A stretch of DNA of 63,849 nt, counting the filler. It is 4 parts of 4 records of this genome, joined end to end, with 100 filler letters (N's around TTAATTAATTAA, not from the genome) between each part and the next. Parts side by side here need not be neighbours in the genome. Positions count along the whole stretch, not along the records: positions 1 to 31,790 come from SRR22947725_2334; positions 31,891 to 43,271 come from SRR22947725_2347; 2 more parts are not named here. One strand, written 5' to 3'. Positions 22,231-32,434 of the stretch are shown here, in pieces. A program made the position numbers and the translations under genes. The notes below the pieces were generated by a model. The model was not told where the DNA came from. It worked only from the letters and a program-made list of their open reading frames with translations, and searched no databases. Within the stretch, counting starts at the first letter, position 1. Each line of letters starts with the position of its first letter.

Positions 22231-24534
22231 ATGAAAATATCAAAAGTTGTTGTTATAGGGTCTGGAACCATGGGTAGTGGAATTGCTGCCCAAGTGGCAA
22301 ATGCAGGTTTGCAAGTTCATCTACTTGATCTAACCACTGAGATTGCCACTAAAGCATGTGAGCGAATAAAAAAATCAAGACCGCCTCTATTAATGGAAGA
22401 AAACAATCTCAATCATATTATTCCTGGAAGTATTGAAAATGATATGGAGACATTAAAAGATGCAGATTGGGTTGTGGAGGCTGTTGTTGAAAGAATTGAT
22501 ATTAAAAAAACACTCTATTCACAAATTGATGCACTTCGAAAACCTGGAGCTTTGGTTTCATCCAATACATCTTCTATTCCTTTGAAGGTGTTGACTGAAG
22601 ATATGTCGAAAGAAATGAAAGAGGTTTTTTGTATTACACATTTTTTTAATCCAGTTCGCTATATGCGATTACTTGAATTAGTTATTGGATCACAAAATGA
22701 TAAAGAAAAAATAAATGACCTTGTTATTTTTGGTGATAAGATTTTAGGAAAAACTGTTGTCGTCTGTAATGACTCTCCGGGATTTTTAGGAAATCGTGTA
22801 GGCGTTTATGCAATGCAAGTGGCAATGACTGAAGCTTTTCGTCTTGGACTTTCAGTCGAAGAAGCTGACGCTGTTTTTGGCAGGCCTCTTGGTATTCCTA
22901 AAACAGGAATATTTGGATTATATGACTTAATTGGTATTGATTTGATGGCTGATGTTTTAAAAAGTTTTATTTCAGAACTACCATCAAGCGATCCTTTTCA
23001 TAAGGTAGGGAAAGAATTGCCAATTATTAATCAACTTATTGCAGATGGATATACTGGTAGAAAAGGAAAAGGTGGTTTTTTCCGAATGAATAAGTCTTCT
23101 GATATAAAAATCTTAGAGTCACTTAATTACAAAAATAATACTTATCATGAATCTAAAAAAGTAGATTTAGGCTTGCCTAATGTAATGGATGTAAAGACTG
23201 TGATAGAGCGAGAAGACGTGTATGGAAATTATGCCTGGTCCATTATGAAAAAAACTATTCTATACGCATCAAGTTTAGTTCCAGATGTGACTGAAAACTT
23301 TAATGATATAGATGACGCAATGAAATGTGGCTTTAACTGGTCAAAAGGTCCCTTTGAGATACTCAATGAAATTGGAATAGAAAATTTTGTTTCAAAACTT
23401 AATCAAGATGAAGAAATTCCTTCTTTTATTAAACAGCTCATCGATCAAAAAAATTCGTTATTTAAGACTACCGATAATGTTTTAGAATATTTTCATCCAC
23501 AGCACTTTTATATGCCGATGCAAAGACCGAATGGTGTTATTTCACTATCAGATATAAAAAAATTCTCAAAACCAATTTATTCGAATACCTCAGCTTCTAT
23601 TTGGGAAATGTCTGGAAAATCAAAATTTATTTGTGTTGAGTTTCATACTAAGGCAAATGCTCTCGATGGACTAACCAATGACTGTTTAATGAAAGCATAT
23701 GATTTGTGTAATGAGAAGTATGATGGAATTGTTATTGCTAATGATGCTATGCAATTCTCTGCAGGTGTCAATTTAAATTATTTCTATGATAGAGCAGTAA
23801 ACAAAAAATTCAAAGATATTGATATTTTTCTCAATAATTTTCAACAATCACTTTACCAGCTCCAACATGCAAAATTTCCCGTTGTATCTTGTCCTTCAGG
23901 ATTAGCTATAGGAGGAGGATATGAAGTCATTTCACAAACTAGTTTTATTGCTGCACATTCGAACTCTGTTCTTGGTTTAGTAGAATCACTTGTAGGTCTC
24001 ATACCTGCAGGAGGTGGGTGTAAAGAAATGTTAAGACGATGGGCAAATCATTCTGATATTAAAAACGATCCTAAACTTTTATCGTTAAAAGTTTTTAATT
24101 TAATAGGATATGCAACTACTGCTGACTCACCTATTAAAGCTAAGGTGCAACAGTTTTTAGGAGATAGAGATGTTATGGTAATGAGCAAAGACCGCTTAAT
24201 AGAAGAGGCAGATAAAATTATTTTTTTAAATAAAGAAAATTATCAATCACTTGATAGCGCCTCCTTTTCTTTACCAGGTTCATCAGTAATGTCAGATATG
24301 ATGGATATTTTATATGAGTTAAAGGATAAAAAAGTAATTGGTGAGCATGGAATTGAAGTTGGCAAAAAATTGGGATTCATGTTGAGTGGTGGGGATACAA
24401 TGCCATCAACAATATTAACAGAGCAAAACCTATATGATCTTGAAAGAGAAATTTTTATTGATTTAATAAGTCAAAAACCAACACAAGAGCGAATCAGACA
24501 CACTCTCGATACTGGAAAACCTTTGTTTAATTAA
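22231..24534 (+). CDS. 3-hydroxyacyl-CoA dehydrogenase / enoyl-CoA hydratase (FadN-like)
   Basis: GSGTMGSGIA, SNTSSIP, HFFNP, then crotonase domain (FSAGVNL, GGGYE), TGKPLFN end. Confidence 0.9.
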   Translation: MKISKVVVIGSGTMGSGIAAQVANAGLQVHLLDLTTEIATKACERIKKSRPPLLMEENNLNHIIPGSIENDMETLKDADWVVEAVVERIDIKKTLYSQIDALRKPGALVSSNTSSIPLKVLTEDMSKEMKEVFCITHFFNPVRYMRLLELVIGSQNDKEKINDLVIFGDKILGKTVVVCNDSPGFLGNRVGVYAMQVAMTEAFRLGLSVEEADAVFGRPLGIPKTGIFGLYDLIGIDLMADVLKSFISELPSSDPFHKVGKELPIINQLIADGYTGRKGKGGFFRMNKSSDIKILESLNYKNNTYHESKKVDLGLPNVMDVKTVIEREDVYGNYAWSIMKKTILYASSLVPDVTENFNDIDDAMKCGFNWSKGPFEILNEIGIENFVSKLNQDEEIPSFIKQLIDQKNSLFKTTDNVLEYFHPQHFYMPMQRPNGVISLSDIKKFSKPIYSNTSASIWEMSGKSKFICVEFHTKANALDGLTNDCLMKAYDLCNEKYDGIVIANDAMQFSAGVNLNYFYDRAVNKKFKDIDIFLNNFQQSLYQLQHAKFPVVSCPSGLAIGGGYEVISQTSFIAAHSNSVLGLVESLVGLIPAGGGCKEMLRRWANHSDIKNDPKLLSLKVFNLIGYATTADSPIKAKVQQFLGDRDVMVMSKDRLIEEADKIIFLNKENYQSLDSASFSLPGSSVMSDMMDILYELKDKKVIGEHGIEVGKKLGFMLSGGDTMPSTILTEQNLYDLEREIFIDLISQKPTQERIRHTLDTGKPLFN

Positions 24535-24589
24535 TTTATCTGATCCACTAAAGATTTAAATTATTTTTTTTAATGCTATAACAAATTCC

Positions 24590-26221
24590 ATGAATCAATT
24601 TTCAACGGATCTTGATAAAAATAAAGCTAACTACACCCCTCTATCTCCGTTGAGTTTTATAACTCGTGCGAAAGATATTTATCCAAATTATGAGTCAGTA
24701 GTTTATGGAAATAGAGGTTACACATGGCTTCAAACATATAATCGCTGCACTAAGTTTGCGAGTGCTTTGACAAAACAAGGTATTGGCCTTGGTAGTACTG
24801 TATCAATTATTGCTGCAAATACGCCGGAATTATTGGAGGCTCATTATTCTATTCCAATGACAGGAGGGGTTGTTAATACAATTAATACTCGTTTAGATGC
24901 TGAGACAATTGCTTACATCTTAGAGCATAGTGACGCTAAGATATTAATCACTGATACACAGTTTTCACCTACAATAAAAAAAGCTTTAGATCTTTATGGA
25001 AAAAAAATACCCATCATCGATATCCATGATGACCAAGCAATATTTAAAGAGGGCGAAGGTGAAAAAATAGGTGACTGGACTTATGAAGAGTTCTTAGAAA
25101 AAGGAGATGATGATTTTAATTGGTCTCTGCCAGAAGATGAATGGCAAGCAATATCCCTAAGTTATACTTCTGGAACAACAGGAAAACCAAAAGGTGTTGT
25201 TTATCATCACCGTGGATCTTACCTTATGTCAACAGGCAGTGTGACTGCATGGAACATGACGAATAAACTTACTTTTCTTGCAACGGTCCCAATGTTTCAT
25301 TGTAATGGATGGGGATATCCATGGACAGCAGCATTAATTCACGCCAAAGTAGTATGTTGTCGATACATAATAGCTAAAGATATTTACAATCTTATTGATC
25401 AGCATAAAGTTACTCATTTTGGTGGTGCACCTATCGTGTTAAATTTAATCGCCAATGCTGATGAAAAAGATAAAAAAGAAATTAATCATAAAATCTATGT
25501 GCTAACAGCAGGAGCTCCTCCAACAAGTGCAATTTTAGAAAAAATGGATAACTTAGGATTTGAGGTAATGCATGTGTACGGACTAACTGAAACATACGGA
25601 CATGTTTTGCAGTGTGCATGGAATGAAGAATGGAATGATTTATCCAATAGTGAAAAAGCAGATTTAAATTCAAGACAAGGAGTGCGCTATCCTAATTTAG
25701 AAGAAGCAATGGTTGCAGATCCAGAAACATATACGCCAGTTCCAAAAGATGGAAAAACAATGGGCGAAATTTTGATGCGTGGTAATGTAGTAATGAAAGG
25801 ATATTATAAAAATAAAGAAGCCACTGAAACATCTATGCGTAATGGCTGGTTTCATTCGGGCGATTTAGCTGTTGTGTATCCTGATGGATATATTCAAATA
25901 AAAGATCGCTCTAAAGATATTATAATATCTGGGGGAGAAAATATTTCCTCTGTGGAGGTAGAAAATGTTGTGGCAAAACATCCATCTGTTTCCTTAGTAG
26001 CTGTTGTGGCAAAACCAGATGAAAAATGGGGGGAAACACCTTGTGCTTTTGTTGAGTTATCTCCTGGAAAAACTGCTACTGAAGAAGAAATTATTATGTT
26101 TTGTAAGGAAAATATGGCTGGATTTAAAAGACCTAAAAATGTAGTCTTTGGCGAGTTACCCAAAACCTCTACGGGCAAAATACAAAAGTTTGAACTACGA
26201 ATGAAAGCAAAGGAGATTTAA
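24590..26221 (+). CDS. Acyl-CoA synthetase (DmdB-like short/medium-chain CoA ligase)
   Basis: ANYTPLSPLSF, YTSGTTGKPKG, PMFHCNGW, YGLTE, KTSTGKIQK. Confidence 0.88.
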   Translation: MNQFSTDLDKNKANYTPLSPLSFITRAKDIYPNYESVVYGNRGYTWLQTYNRCTKFASALTKQGIGLGSTVSIIAANTPELLEAHYSIPMTGGVVNTINTRLDAETIAYILEHSDAKILITDTQFSPTIKKALDLYGKKIPIIDIHDDQAIFKEGEGEKIGDWTYEEFLEKGDDDFNWSLPEDEWQAISLSYTSGTTGKPKGVVYHHRGSYLMSTGSVTAWNMTNKLTFLATVPMFHCNGWGYPWTAALIHAKVVCCRYIIAKDIYNLIDQHKVTHFGGAPIVLNLIANADEKDKKEINHKIYVLTAGAPPTSAILEKMDNLGFEVMHVYGLTETYGHVLQCAWNEEWNDLSNSEKADLNSRQGVRYPNLEEAMVADPETYTPVPKDGKTMGEILMRGNVVMKGYYKNKEATETSMRNGWFHSGDLAVVYPDGYIQIKDRSKDIIISGGENISSVEVENVVAKHPSVSLVAVVAKPDEKWGETPCAFVELSPGKTATEEEIIMFCKENMAGFKRPKNVVFGELPKTSTGKIQKFELRMKAKEI

Positions 26222-27531
26222 TGGATCCAAAAACTTATAAATTTGATACACTTAGTTTACATGCTGGTTATCAACCTGATAAAAACGCTGGCTCTCGTCA
26301 AGTACCAATCTATCAAACAACATCTTATCTTTTCGATGATGTTGATCATGCGGCAGCACTATTTAATCTAGAGCGAGGCGGTCATATATATAGTAGAATT
26401 TCTAATCCTACTGTTGGGGTGCTTGAAGAAAGGGTTGCAGCTTTGGAAGGTGGAACTGCAGCAATAGCAACTTCTTCAGGAATGGCTGCTATTTTTCTTG
26501 CAATCATGACCTTATGTGAGTCAGGCGATCATATAGTTGCTTCCTCACAAGTATATGGAGGAACTGCTAACCTTCTTCGTTTGACGTTACCGAAGTTTGG
26601 TATCAATACAACTTTTGTTAAACCACGTGACACTCAAGGTTTTCAAAAAGCTATCCAAAAAAATACAAAATGTATATTTGGTGAATTATTAGGTAACCCT
26701 GGAAATGAACTCATGAATATGCCTGAGGTTGCTGACATTGCTCATAACGCGGGTATCCCTTTAATGATTGATAGTACATATCAAACACCTTATCTATGCA
26801 AACCATTTGATTTTGGTGCAGATATAGTTGTTCACTCTTTAACAAAGTGGATGGCAGGACATGGCTCATCAATGGCTGGCATTATTGTTGAAGGAGGAAA
26901 ATTTAACTGGATGCAAAATGATAAATTTCCTTCTCTTACAAAAGAATATGAGGGTTATCATGGTTTATCTTTTGCTGAAGAATTTGGTCCTGTTGCTTTT
27001 ACTATGAAAGCTCGTGCTGAAGGCATGAGGGATTTCGGCCCGTGCCTAAGTCCACAAAATGCTTGGAATGTTATGCAAGGAATTGAAACATTATCTGTTC
27101 GAATGGAAAAACATTGCGCTAATGCTGAAAAAATGGTCAAATATTTATTGGCTCATGAAAGCGTTGCATGGGTTTCACATCCGAGTGCTCCTGATCACCC
27201 TGATTATGAACTAGCTAAAAAAATTCTTCCTAAAGGAAGAGGTTCGATGATTGCTTTTGGAATTAAAGGAGGAAAAGAAGCTGGGACAGCTTTTATTAAC
27301 AATGTTAAGCTTGCCTCTCATTTAGCTAACGTTGGTGATACTCGAACATTAGTAATTCATCCTGCATCCGCTACACATTCACAAATGGATGAAGCCACAT
27401 TAAAATTTGCGGGCTTATCTCAAGATATGATTAGGTTGTCTGTTGGTATTGAGGATATAGAGGATATAAAAAATGATTTTGAAGATGGTTTTAGAGCTGC
27501 AAAAAAACCAAAGCTAGTCGCAAATAAATGA
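26221..27531 (+). CDS. metY: O-acetylhomoserine sulfhydrylase (MetY/CysD)
   Basis: PIYQTTSY, YSRISNPT, HSLTKW, LANVGD, HPASATH. Confidence 0.88.
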   Translation: MDPKTYKFDTLSLHAGYQPDKNAGSRQVPIYQTTSYLFDDVDHAAALFNLERGGHIYSRISNPTVGVLEERVAALEGGTAAIATSSGMAAIFLAIMTLCESGDHIVASSQVYGGTANLLRLTLPKFGINTTFVKPRDTQGFQKAIQKNTKCIFGELLGNPGNELMNMPEVADIAHNAGIPLMIDSTYQTPYLCKPFDFGADIVVHSLTKWMAGHGSSMAGIIVEGGKFNWMQNDKFPSLTKEYEGYHGLSFAEEFGPVAFTMKARAEGMRDFGPCLSPQNAWNVMQGIETLSVRMEKHCANAEKMVKYLLAHESVAWVSHPSAPDHPDYELAKKILPKGRGSMIAFGIKGGKEAGTAFINNVKLASHLANVGDTRTLVIHPASATHSQMDEATLKFAGLSQDMIRLSVGIEDIEDIKNDFEDGFRAAKKPKLVANK

Positions 27532-28340
27532 AATTTAAGGTAAATAATGAGGAGGTCTTTGCTTCTACGGGAGGAAGACCTTTCGATAAAAACAAACCAT
27601 TGATAATTTTTATTCATGGCAGTGGCCTCACCCACATGTGTTGGGTTCTGCAAACCAGATATTTTGCTTTTCATGGTTATAGTGTTTTAGCTCTTGATTT
27701 ACCTGGTCATGGATTATCTGAGGGTAAAAGTCTAATTTCTATTGAAGATATGGCTGACTGGATTAATGATGTTATTGATGCTGTTGGATTTAACCAGGCG
27801 TCTTTGGTAGGGCATTCTCAAGGATGTCTTGTTGCTGTAGAATGTGCATCTCGGTATCCAAATAAAATTAAAACATTAAGTTTAATGGGTGGAGCAGGTG
27901 CTATTCCAATGAATCCAGAATTATTAGCACTAGCAGAAAATAGTGATCCGAAAGCAGTTGATTTGATGATGGATTTTGCTCATGGACCATCTGGACATTT
28001 CGGAGGTCATCCAGTTCCAGGTTTATATCATTTAAATACAGGATCGATGCTCGTTCAAAGTAAGGAAATTAAGGATACTCTTGGTGTTGATTTTAGAGCG
28101 TGTGAAAATTATACAAATGGTTATGAAGCAGCAAAAAAATTAGATTTACCTACATTATCTATTTTAGCAGATAAAGATAGAATGTGTAGATTAAAGGATG
28201 GACAAAAATTAGCAGATCACATTAATGGAAGTGAAGTGCATATAATTAAAAATTGTGGACATATGATGTTACTTGAAGAAGCTGATCAAACTCTTGCGAT
28301 ACTTAAAAAGTTTATTTTAGAAAAATATCCTATTAGCTAA
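27528..28340 (+). CDS. Alpha/beta hydrolase
   Basis: IHGSG, DLPGHG, GHSQG nucleophile elbow, GHMM. Confidence 0.88.
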   Translation: MKFKVNNEEVFASTGGRPFDKNKPLIIFIHGSGLTHMCWVLQTRYFAFHGYSVLALDLPGHGLSEGKSLISIEDMADWINDVIDAVGFNQASLVGHSQGCLVAVECASRYPNKIKTLSLMGGAGAIPMNPELLALAENSDPKAVDLMMDFAHGPSGHFGGHPVPGLYHLNTGSMLVQSKEIKDTLGVDFRACENYTNGYEAAKKLDLPTLSILADKDRMCRLKDGQKLADHINGSEVHIIKNCGHMMLLEEADQTLAILKKFILEKYPIS

Positions 28341-28375
28341 AAAATATAATTTATAAAAAAATAGCTCTTATGAGA

Positions 28376-28546
28376 TTACTTATCGGGTTTTGTAAGTTCT
28401 TCTAACTGTCTCATTTCTTCTTCTAATTTCAGTCGCTCTTGTTCTTCGCGTTTCTTTTTACGCTCTTCAGATTTTTGCTTTAGTTTTAATTCTTTTTGCA
28501 TTTTGCGGTCTCCCGCTTTAGATTTGTGATTAAAATGAATTCCCAT
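28376..28546 (-). CDS. Small charged coiled-coil protein, 56 aa (MGIHFNHKSKAGDRKMQKELKLKQKSEERKKKREEQERLKLEEEMRQLEELTKPDK)
   Basis: Hand-translated ORF with AGAGG RBS 5 nt upstream of ATG. Confidence 0.65.
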   Translation of the reverse strand: MGIHFNHKSKAGDRKMQKELKLKQKSEERKKKREEQERLKLEEEMRQLEELTKPDK

Positions 28547-28606
28547 AACAACCTCTTTATGCCTTATACTAAAAAAATAATATTTTTTCTAGGGGGTATA
28601 TTTGGC

Positions 28607-28801
28607 TTAATTCCTAGATGCCCAAATAATAATGACAAAAACTAAGACAGCAATTGCTTGAAATAAAACACGAAGACGCATAAGTTTATTGCTATGGTTT
28701 TTATTAAGTTTACCGTTTACTGCCATTGCAATGACGCCCACTACTACTGCACCGAGAGCGCCCACCATAAATACAACCATAATTATCTGTAATACATCCA
28801 T
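28607..28801 (-). CDS. HIG1-domain twin-transmembrane small protein
   Basis: Two TM helices flanking SNKLMRLRVLFQ. Confidence 0.85.
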   Translation of the reverse strand: MDVLQIIMVVFMVGALGAVVVGVIAMAVNGKLNKNHSNKLMRLRVLFQAIAVLVFVIIIWASRN

Positions 28802-28862
28802 AACTAACATATAGTGCAATTCTTCTCTTGAACGAACTATCAAATGTCGCATATAGTAATTT

Positions 28863-29537
28863 ATGACTGAAATTTTAAATGGACCTTCATTTTCAAGACA
28901 TGATAATCCAAAAAAATTAATTTTTATGCTTCATGGATATGGTGATAATGCAGCAAATTTTATGCATTTAGCTCATCCGATTGATCAAGAAGAATGGCAA
29001 ATGGCTTATATAGCGCTTAACGCACCAGGAGTTATCTCGGGTAATTATATGGGATATCAATGGTTCGACTTATATCCAAATGGTGTTTACATTGCAGATG
29101 CTGGACCCAAAGAGTTTGATCAAATTAACAAAGAAGTTAATGAGGCTGTTATAAAAATTATTAAGACTATTGATCAATACTGCGAGTCGTTAAAACTTAC
29201 CTATGAAGATTGTGTTTTAATGGGATTCTCACAAGGGGGAATGATGACCTTTGAAGTTGGGAATTTTCTTCAAAAAAAACTGGCTGGTTTAGCTATTCTT
29301 TCAGGTCGTATAATGTCTCATCATCAAATTACTAATGAAAATTTATTACAAACGCCAATTTTTATTTCCCATGGCGAGCAAGATGAAGTTATTCCTATTA
29401 AAAATTATCATAAAGCTGGAGAATATTTAAAAACAAATAAATGTAACTTTGAATCACATATTTTATATAAGGATGCCCATAATATTTCTCCAGAGGCAAT
29501 AACTTTATTGCAAAAATTTATTAAAAAAATTCTATGA
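28863..29537 (+). CDS. Phospholipase/carboxylesterase
   Basis: LHGYG, GFSQG, HGEQDEVI. Confidence 0.88.
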   Translation: MTEILNGPSFSRHDNPKKLIFMLHGYGDNAANFMHLAHPIDQEEWQMAYIALNAPGVISGNYMGYQWFDLYPNGVYIADAGPKEFDQINKEVNEAVIKIIKTIDQYCESLKLTYEDCVLMGFSQGGMMTFEVGNFLQKKLAGLAILSGRIMSHHQITNENLLQTPIFISHGEQDEVIPIKNYHKAGEYLKTNKCNFESHILYKDAHNISPEAITLLQKFIKKIL

Positions 29538-29598
29538 TATAACCGAATCATTATATTATAGTATTACTATAATTAATGATTAAGGTTTGTAGATATAA

Positions 29599-30153
29599 AT
29601 GAACATAAATGGAAATCCAGCATTAGTATTAAACGCAGATTTCCGACCACTCTCTTATTACCCACTTTCTTTATGTTCTTGGCAAGATGCTGTTAAGTCA
29701 GTTTTCCTAGATCGTGTTTCTGTCATAGAAAAATATAATCATTCAGTTAGCTCACCTTCCACATCTTTTAAGTTACCTAGTGTAATAGCTTTAAAAGATT
29801 ATGTGATGCCTCAACGAAAACCAGCTTTTACAAGGTTTAATGTTTTTCTTCGTGATAATTTTACTTGTCAATATTGTGCAAAAAAATTTGCTGCTAATGA
29901 TTTAACTTTTGATCATTTGGTCCCTCGATGTTTGCATGGAAAAACAACATGGCAAAATGTTGTATCAGCGTGTACGACATGTAACTTAAAAAAAGGAAGA
30001 AAATTAATTCAAAACACTGATATGAAGTTACTTAAAAGACCTATCCAGCCTCATTCTATGCAACTACAAAATAATGGACGTAACTTTCCACCAAATTATT
30101 TACATGATAGTTGGCGAGACTATTTATATTGGGATACTGAATTAGAAAATTAA
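29599..30153 (+). CDS. HNH endonuclease (conserved alphaproteobacterial type)
   Basis: ALVLNAD, RDNFTCQYC, TFDHLVPR, NVVSACTTCN. Confidence 0.9.
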   Translation: MNINGNPALVLNADFRPLSYYPLSLCSWQDAVKSVFLDRVSVIEKYNHSVSSPSTSFKLPSVIALKDYVMPQRKPAFTRFNVFLRDNFTCQYCAKKFAANDLTFDHLVPRCLHGKTTWQNVVSACTTCNLKKGRKLIQNTDMKLLKRPIQPHSMQLQNNGRNFPPNYLHDSWRDYLYWDTELEN

Positions 30154-30707
30154 ATTTTTTTTGATATCGCAATTGCTGTTTTGCAGCCAATTTCAATTAC
30201 TTTTGTCATAATCTTATAACCAGGTGCACTTTCAGCATCATGCTCTAGACCAATATCATGATGCTCGAGTTCATCTTTTTCAAACTTAGCGATTGTTTTC
30301 TTTAACTCTTTTTCATCCTCTTCTAATAGATCTTGTTGTTCTCGGTAATGTTCACCTATTACTTTTTCGACTGCAACAGTGCATGCCATAGCTGCTTTTT
30401 CTCCCATCAAGGCAGTACCTGCTCCTAAAGCAAACCCAGCAACATTCCATAGAGGTAAAAGGGCAGTGGGACGAACACGCTTTTCAACTAAAAGTTCATT
30501 AAACTTCTCGATATGTTCTTGCTCTTGATCAGCCATATGTTGGATTGTTTTACCAATTTTTGACTCCTTACCAAAGATTGCAATTTGACCATCATAAATT
30601 CGTGTTGCGCCATATTCTCCAGCATGGTCAACTCGAATTATCTCATCCAAGATATTTTTATCAGTTGTAACCTTAACGCTTGAAGTAGAAGTCTTTTTTT
30701 TCACCAT
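30150..30707 (-). CDS. coq7: Demethoxyubiquinone hydroxylase (Coq7, di-iron)
   Basis: RVDHAGEYGA, EQEH, VEKVIGEHY, DELEH. Confidence 0.93.
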   Translation of the reverse strand: MVKKKTSTSSVKVTTDKNILDEIIRVDHAGEYGATRIYDGQIAIFGKESKIGKTIQHMADQEQEHIEKFNELLVEKRVRPTALLPLWNVAGFALGAGTALMGEKAAMACTVAVEKVIGEHYREQQDLLEEDEKELKKTIAKFEKDELEHHDIGLEHDAESAPGYKIMTKVIEIGCKTAIAISKKI

Positions 30708-31173
30708 AGATATTCCAAAGATATATGGCATTTAAAATAAAAATCAAAAGTAAAAGAAGACTATTAATCGTCGCAGCTGATAAACCAAACATACTCCAAG
30801 CGATATCTTCACAATTGATAACAGGCTTAGATAAAATTTGTTCTTTTAGACTTAATGTATTATCTGTTAAATTTAATCCACTAGAGCATCCTGCTGGCCC
30901 TAAGAGTAATTTATTTTCTATGCCTACGTGCCAAATAGAATAAAATAATCCATAAATACTCATTAACTGAACGATAAGATAAAACCAAATTCGCTTTTGC
31001 CATCTAAGTAAAGCTATAAAAACAAAACTTATAATAATAACATAATAAGGTTCTCTTTGCTTTAAACACATTTCACAAGGAGCTAAATTAAAATAAAATT
31101 CAGCAATAAAAGCTGAACCTAAAGCAATAAAACTTAATATACCTAAAATGTAAAACCAATATTTTTTGAGCAT
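30673..31173 (-). CDS. dsbB: Disulfide bond formation protein DsbB family
   Basis: PCEMCLKQR; four hydrophobic segments. Confidence 0.85.
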   Translation of the reverse strand: MLKKYWFYILGILSFIALGSAFIAEFYFNLAPCEMCLKQREPYYVIIISFVFIALLRWQKRIWFYLIVQLMSIYGLFYSIWHVGIENKLLLGPAGCSSGLNLTDNTLSLKEQILSKPVINCEDIAWSMFGLSAATINSLLLLLIFILNAIYLWNIYGEKKDFYFKR

Positions 31174-31757
31174 TAAATTAGTTTGATTAATAACACACTT
31201 CCAACAAGAAGAATAAAAAATAATATTGCAAGTAAGTTAAAGTATTTATCAATTAAAATTTTTATTTTTTCGCCAAAGATAAAAAGCAAACCTGCAAGTA
31301 AATAAAATCTTAATCCTCTAGCAATGATAGCAGTTATGATAAATAAAAAAATATTTAGGTTGAAAACTCCACTGGCAATTGTAATAAATTTAAATGGAAA
31401 AGGTGTAAAACCTGCACCCAACACAATTAACATACCGTATTCATTATAGTAATTTTCAAATACACTAAAAGAATTTGATAAATGATATGTATCAACTATT
31501 AAAACACCAATACTATTATAGAAAAAATAGCCAATAGCATATCCAGCAACCCCACCCAGCACTGACGATAGTGTACAAATAAATGCATATGTCCAGGCCT
31601 TCACTCTTTTAGCAATTATCATTGGAATAAGAAGAATATCTGGTGGAATGGGAAAGAATGAACTTTCAGCAAAAGAGACAATGCTTAATATCCAAGAAGA
31701 ATATTTATGCTCAGCTTTATTAAGCGTCCAATTGTATAAAAATCTTAACAGTCTCAT
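31173..31757 (-). CDS. YqaA/DedA (VTT) family membrane protein
   Basis: SFAESSFFPIPPD, TPFPFK, ARGLRF. Confidence 0.88.
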   Translation of the reverse strand: MRLLRFLYNWTLNKAEHKYSSWILSIVSFAESSFFPIPPDILLIPMIIAKRVKAWTYAFICTLSSVLGGVAGYAIGYFFYNSIGVLIVDTYHLSNSFSVFENYYNEYGMLIVLGAGFTPFPFKFITIASGVFNLNIFLFIITAIIARGLRFYLLAGLLFIFGEKIKILIDKYFNLLAILFFILLVGSVLLIKLI

Positions 31758-31762
31758 ATATT

Positions 31763-31790
31763 TGGTAGGAGTAGAGGGAATCGAACCCAC
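31763..31790 (-). tRNA. 3' fragment of a tRNA (T-arm, acceptor strand, CCA), cut by contig end; isotype unknown
   Basis: GTGGGTTCGATTCCCTCTACTCCTACCA. Confidence 0.8.
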
Positions 31791-31890
31791 NNNNNNNNNN
31801 NNNNNNNNNNNNNNNNNNNNNNNNNNNNNNNNNNTTAATTAATTAANNNNNNNNNNNNNNNNNNNNNNNNNNNNNNNNNNNNNNNNNNNN
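31791..31890. other. Artificial contig spacer
   Basis: N run - TTAATTAATTAA - N run; abrupt AT-rich to GC-rich switch. Confidence 0.99.
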
Positions 31891-32434
31891 ACAGCGAGCC
31901 CGGACTGGACAGCGAGCCCGACCACGTCGATGTCCCAGCTGTCAGAGAACCCAGCCTCGTCTCTGTCCTCCTCCCCGCCAATTCCAGCGCCAACCCCGAC
32001 GGCCCCGGTCTCACCGCCATCGATGAGATTTACGTGGTCATCCTCAATCCCCAGAATACCTTCAGCACCTATGCGTGCCAGCTGCCAAACAAGCGTGCCC
32101 TGGTGGTCTAGGTGGAATCCCTCCCGAAGGGAACCCGAACCGATGTGCATATCTCGTGATGTGCATGTGTGCCCCCGTCCCTGGACCATGTACTGAGAAC
32201 GCGTGTGTCTTCTCGTACTGTTTGTAAATTTCCATCCCATGGAAAGGCCCAGTTGGAAAGGCGATGAGGATGGCCCTACGGCGATCCTGGCCAGAGCAGG
32301 GCCATCATCCAGCCACTCCACGCATTGGGGCGATTTGTCGCGCTTCCTGCCGGAAATTCCTCCACAGTTATTTTTGATTCTTTCAAACAGTTCCGTTCGT
32401 TCGTCCATTCCTCCAGCACGAGCGTACATTCGAG

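Noticed and set aside
29599-30153. HNH nuclease as a mobile or defence element
   Set aside because: Stand-alone conserved type among housekeeping genes; no repeats, integrase, methylase or CRISPR array nearby
31791-31890. Bacterium-alga junction as horizontal transfer; TTAATTAATTAA as a biological repeat
   Set aside because: Identical N-padded all-frame-stop linker at all three junctions; it is an assembly artefact
31891-32429. 196-aa minus-strand ORF at contig start
   Set aside because: No family recognised, start almost collides with the FtsH2 ATG, and truncated; not supportable
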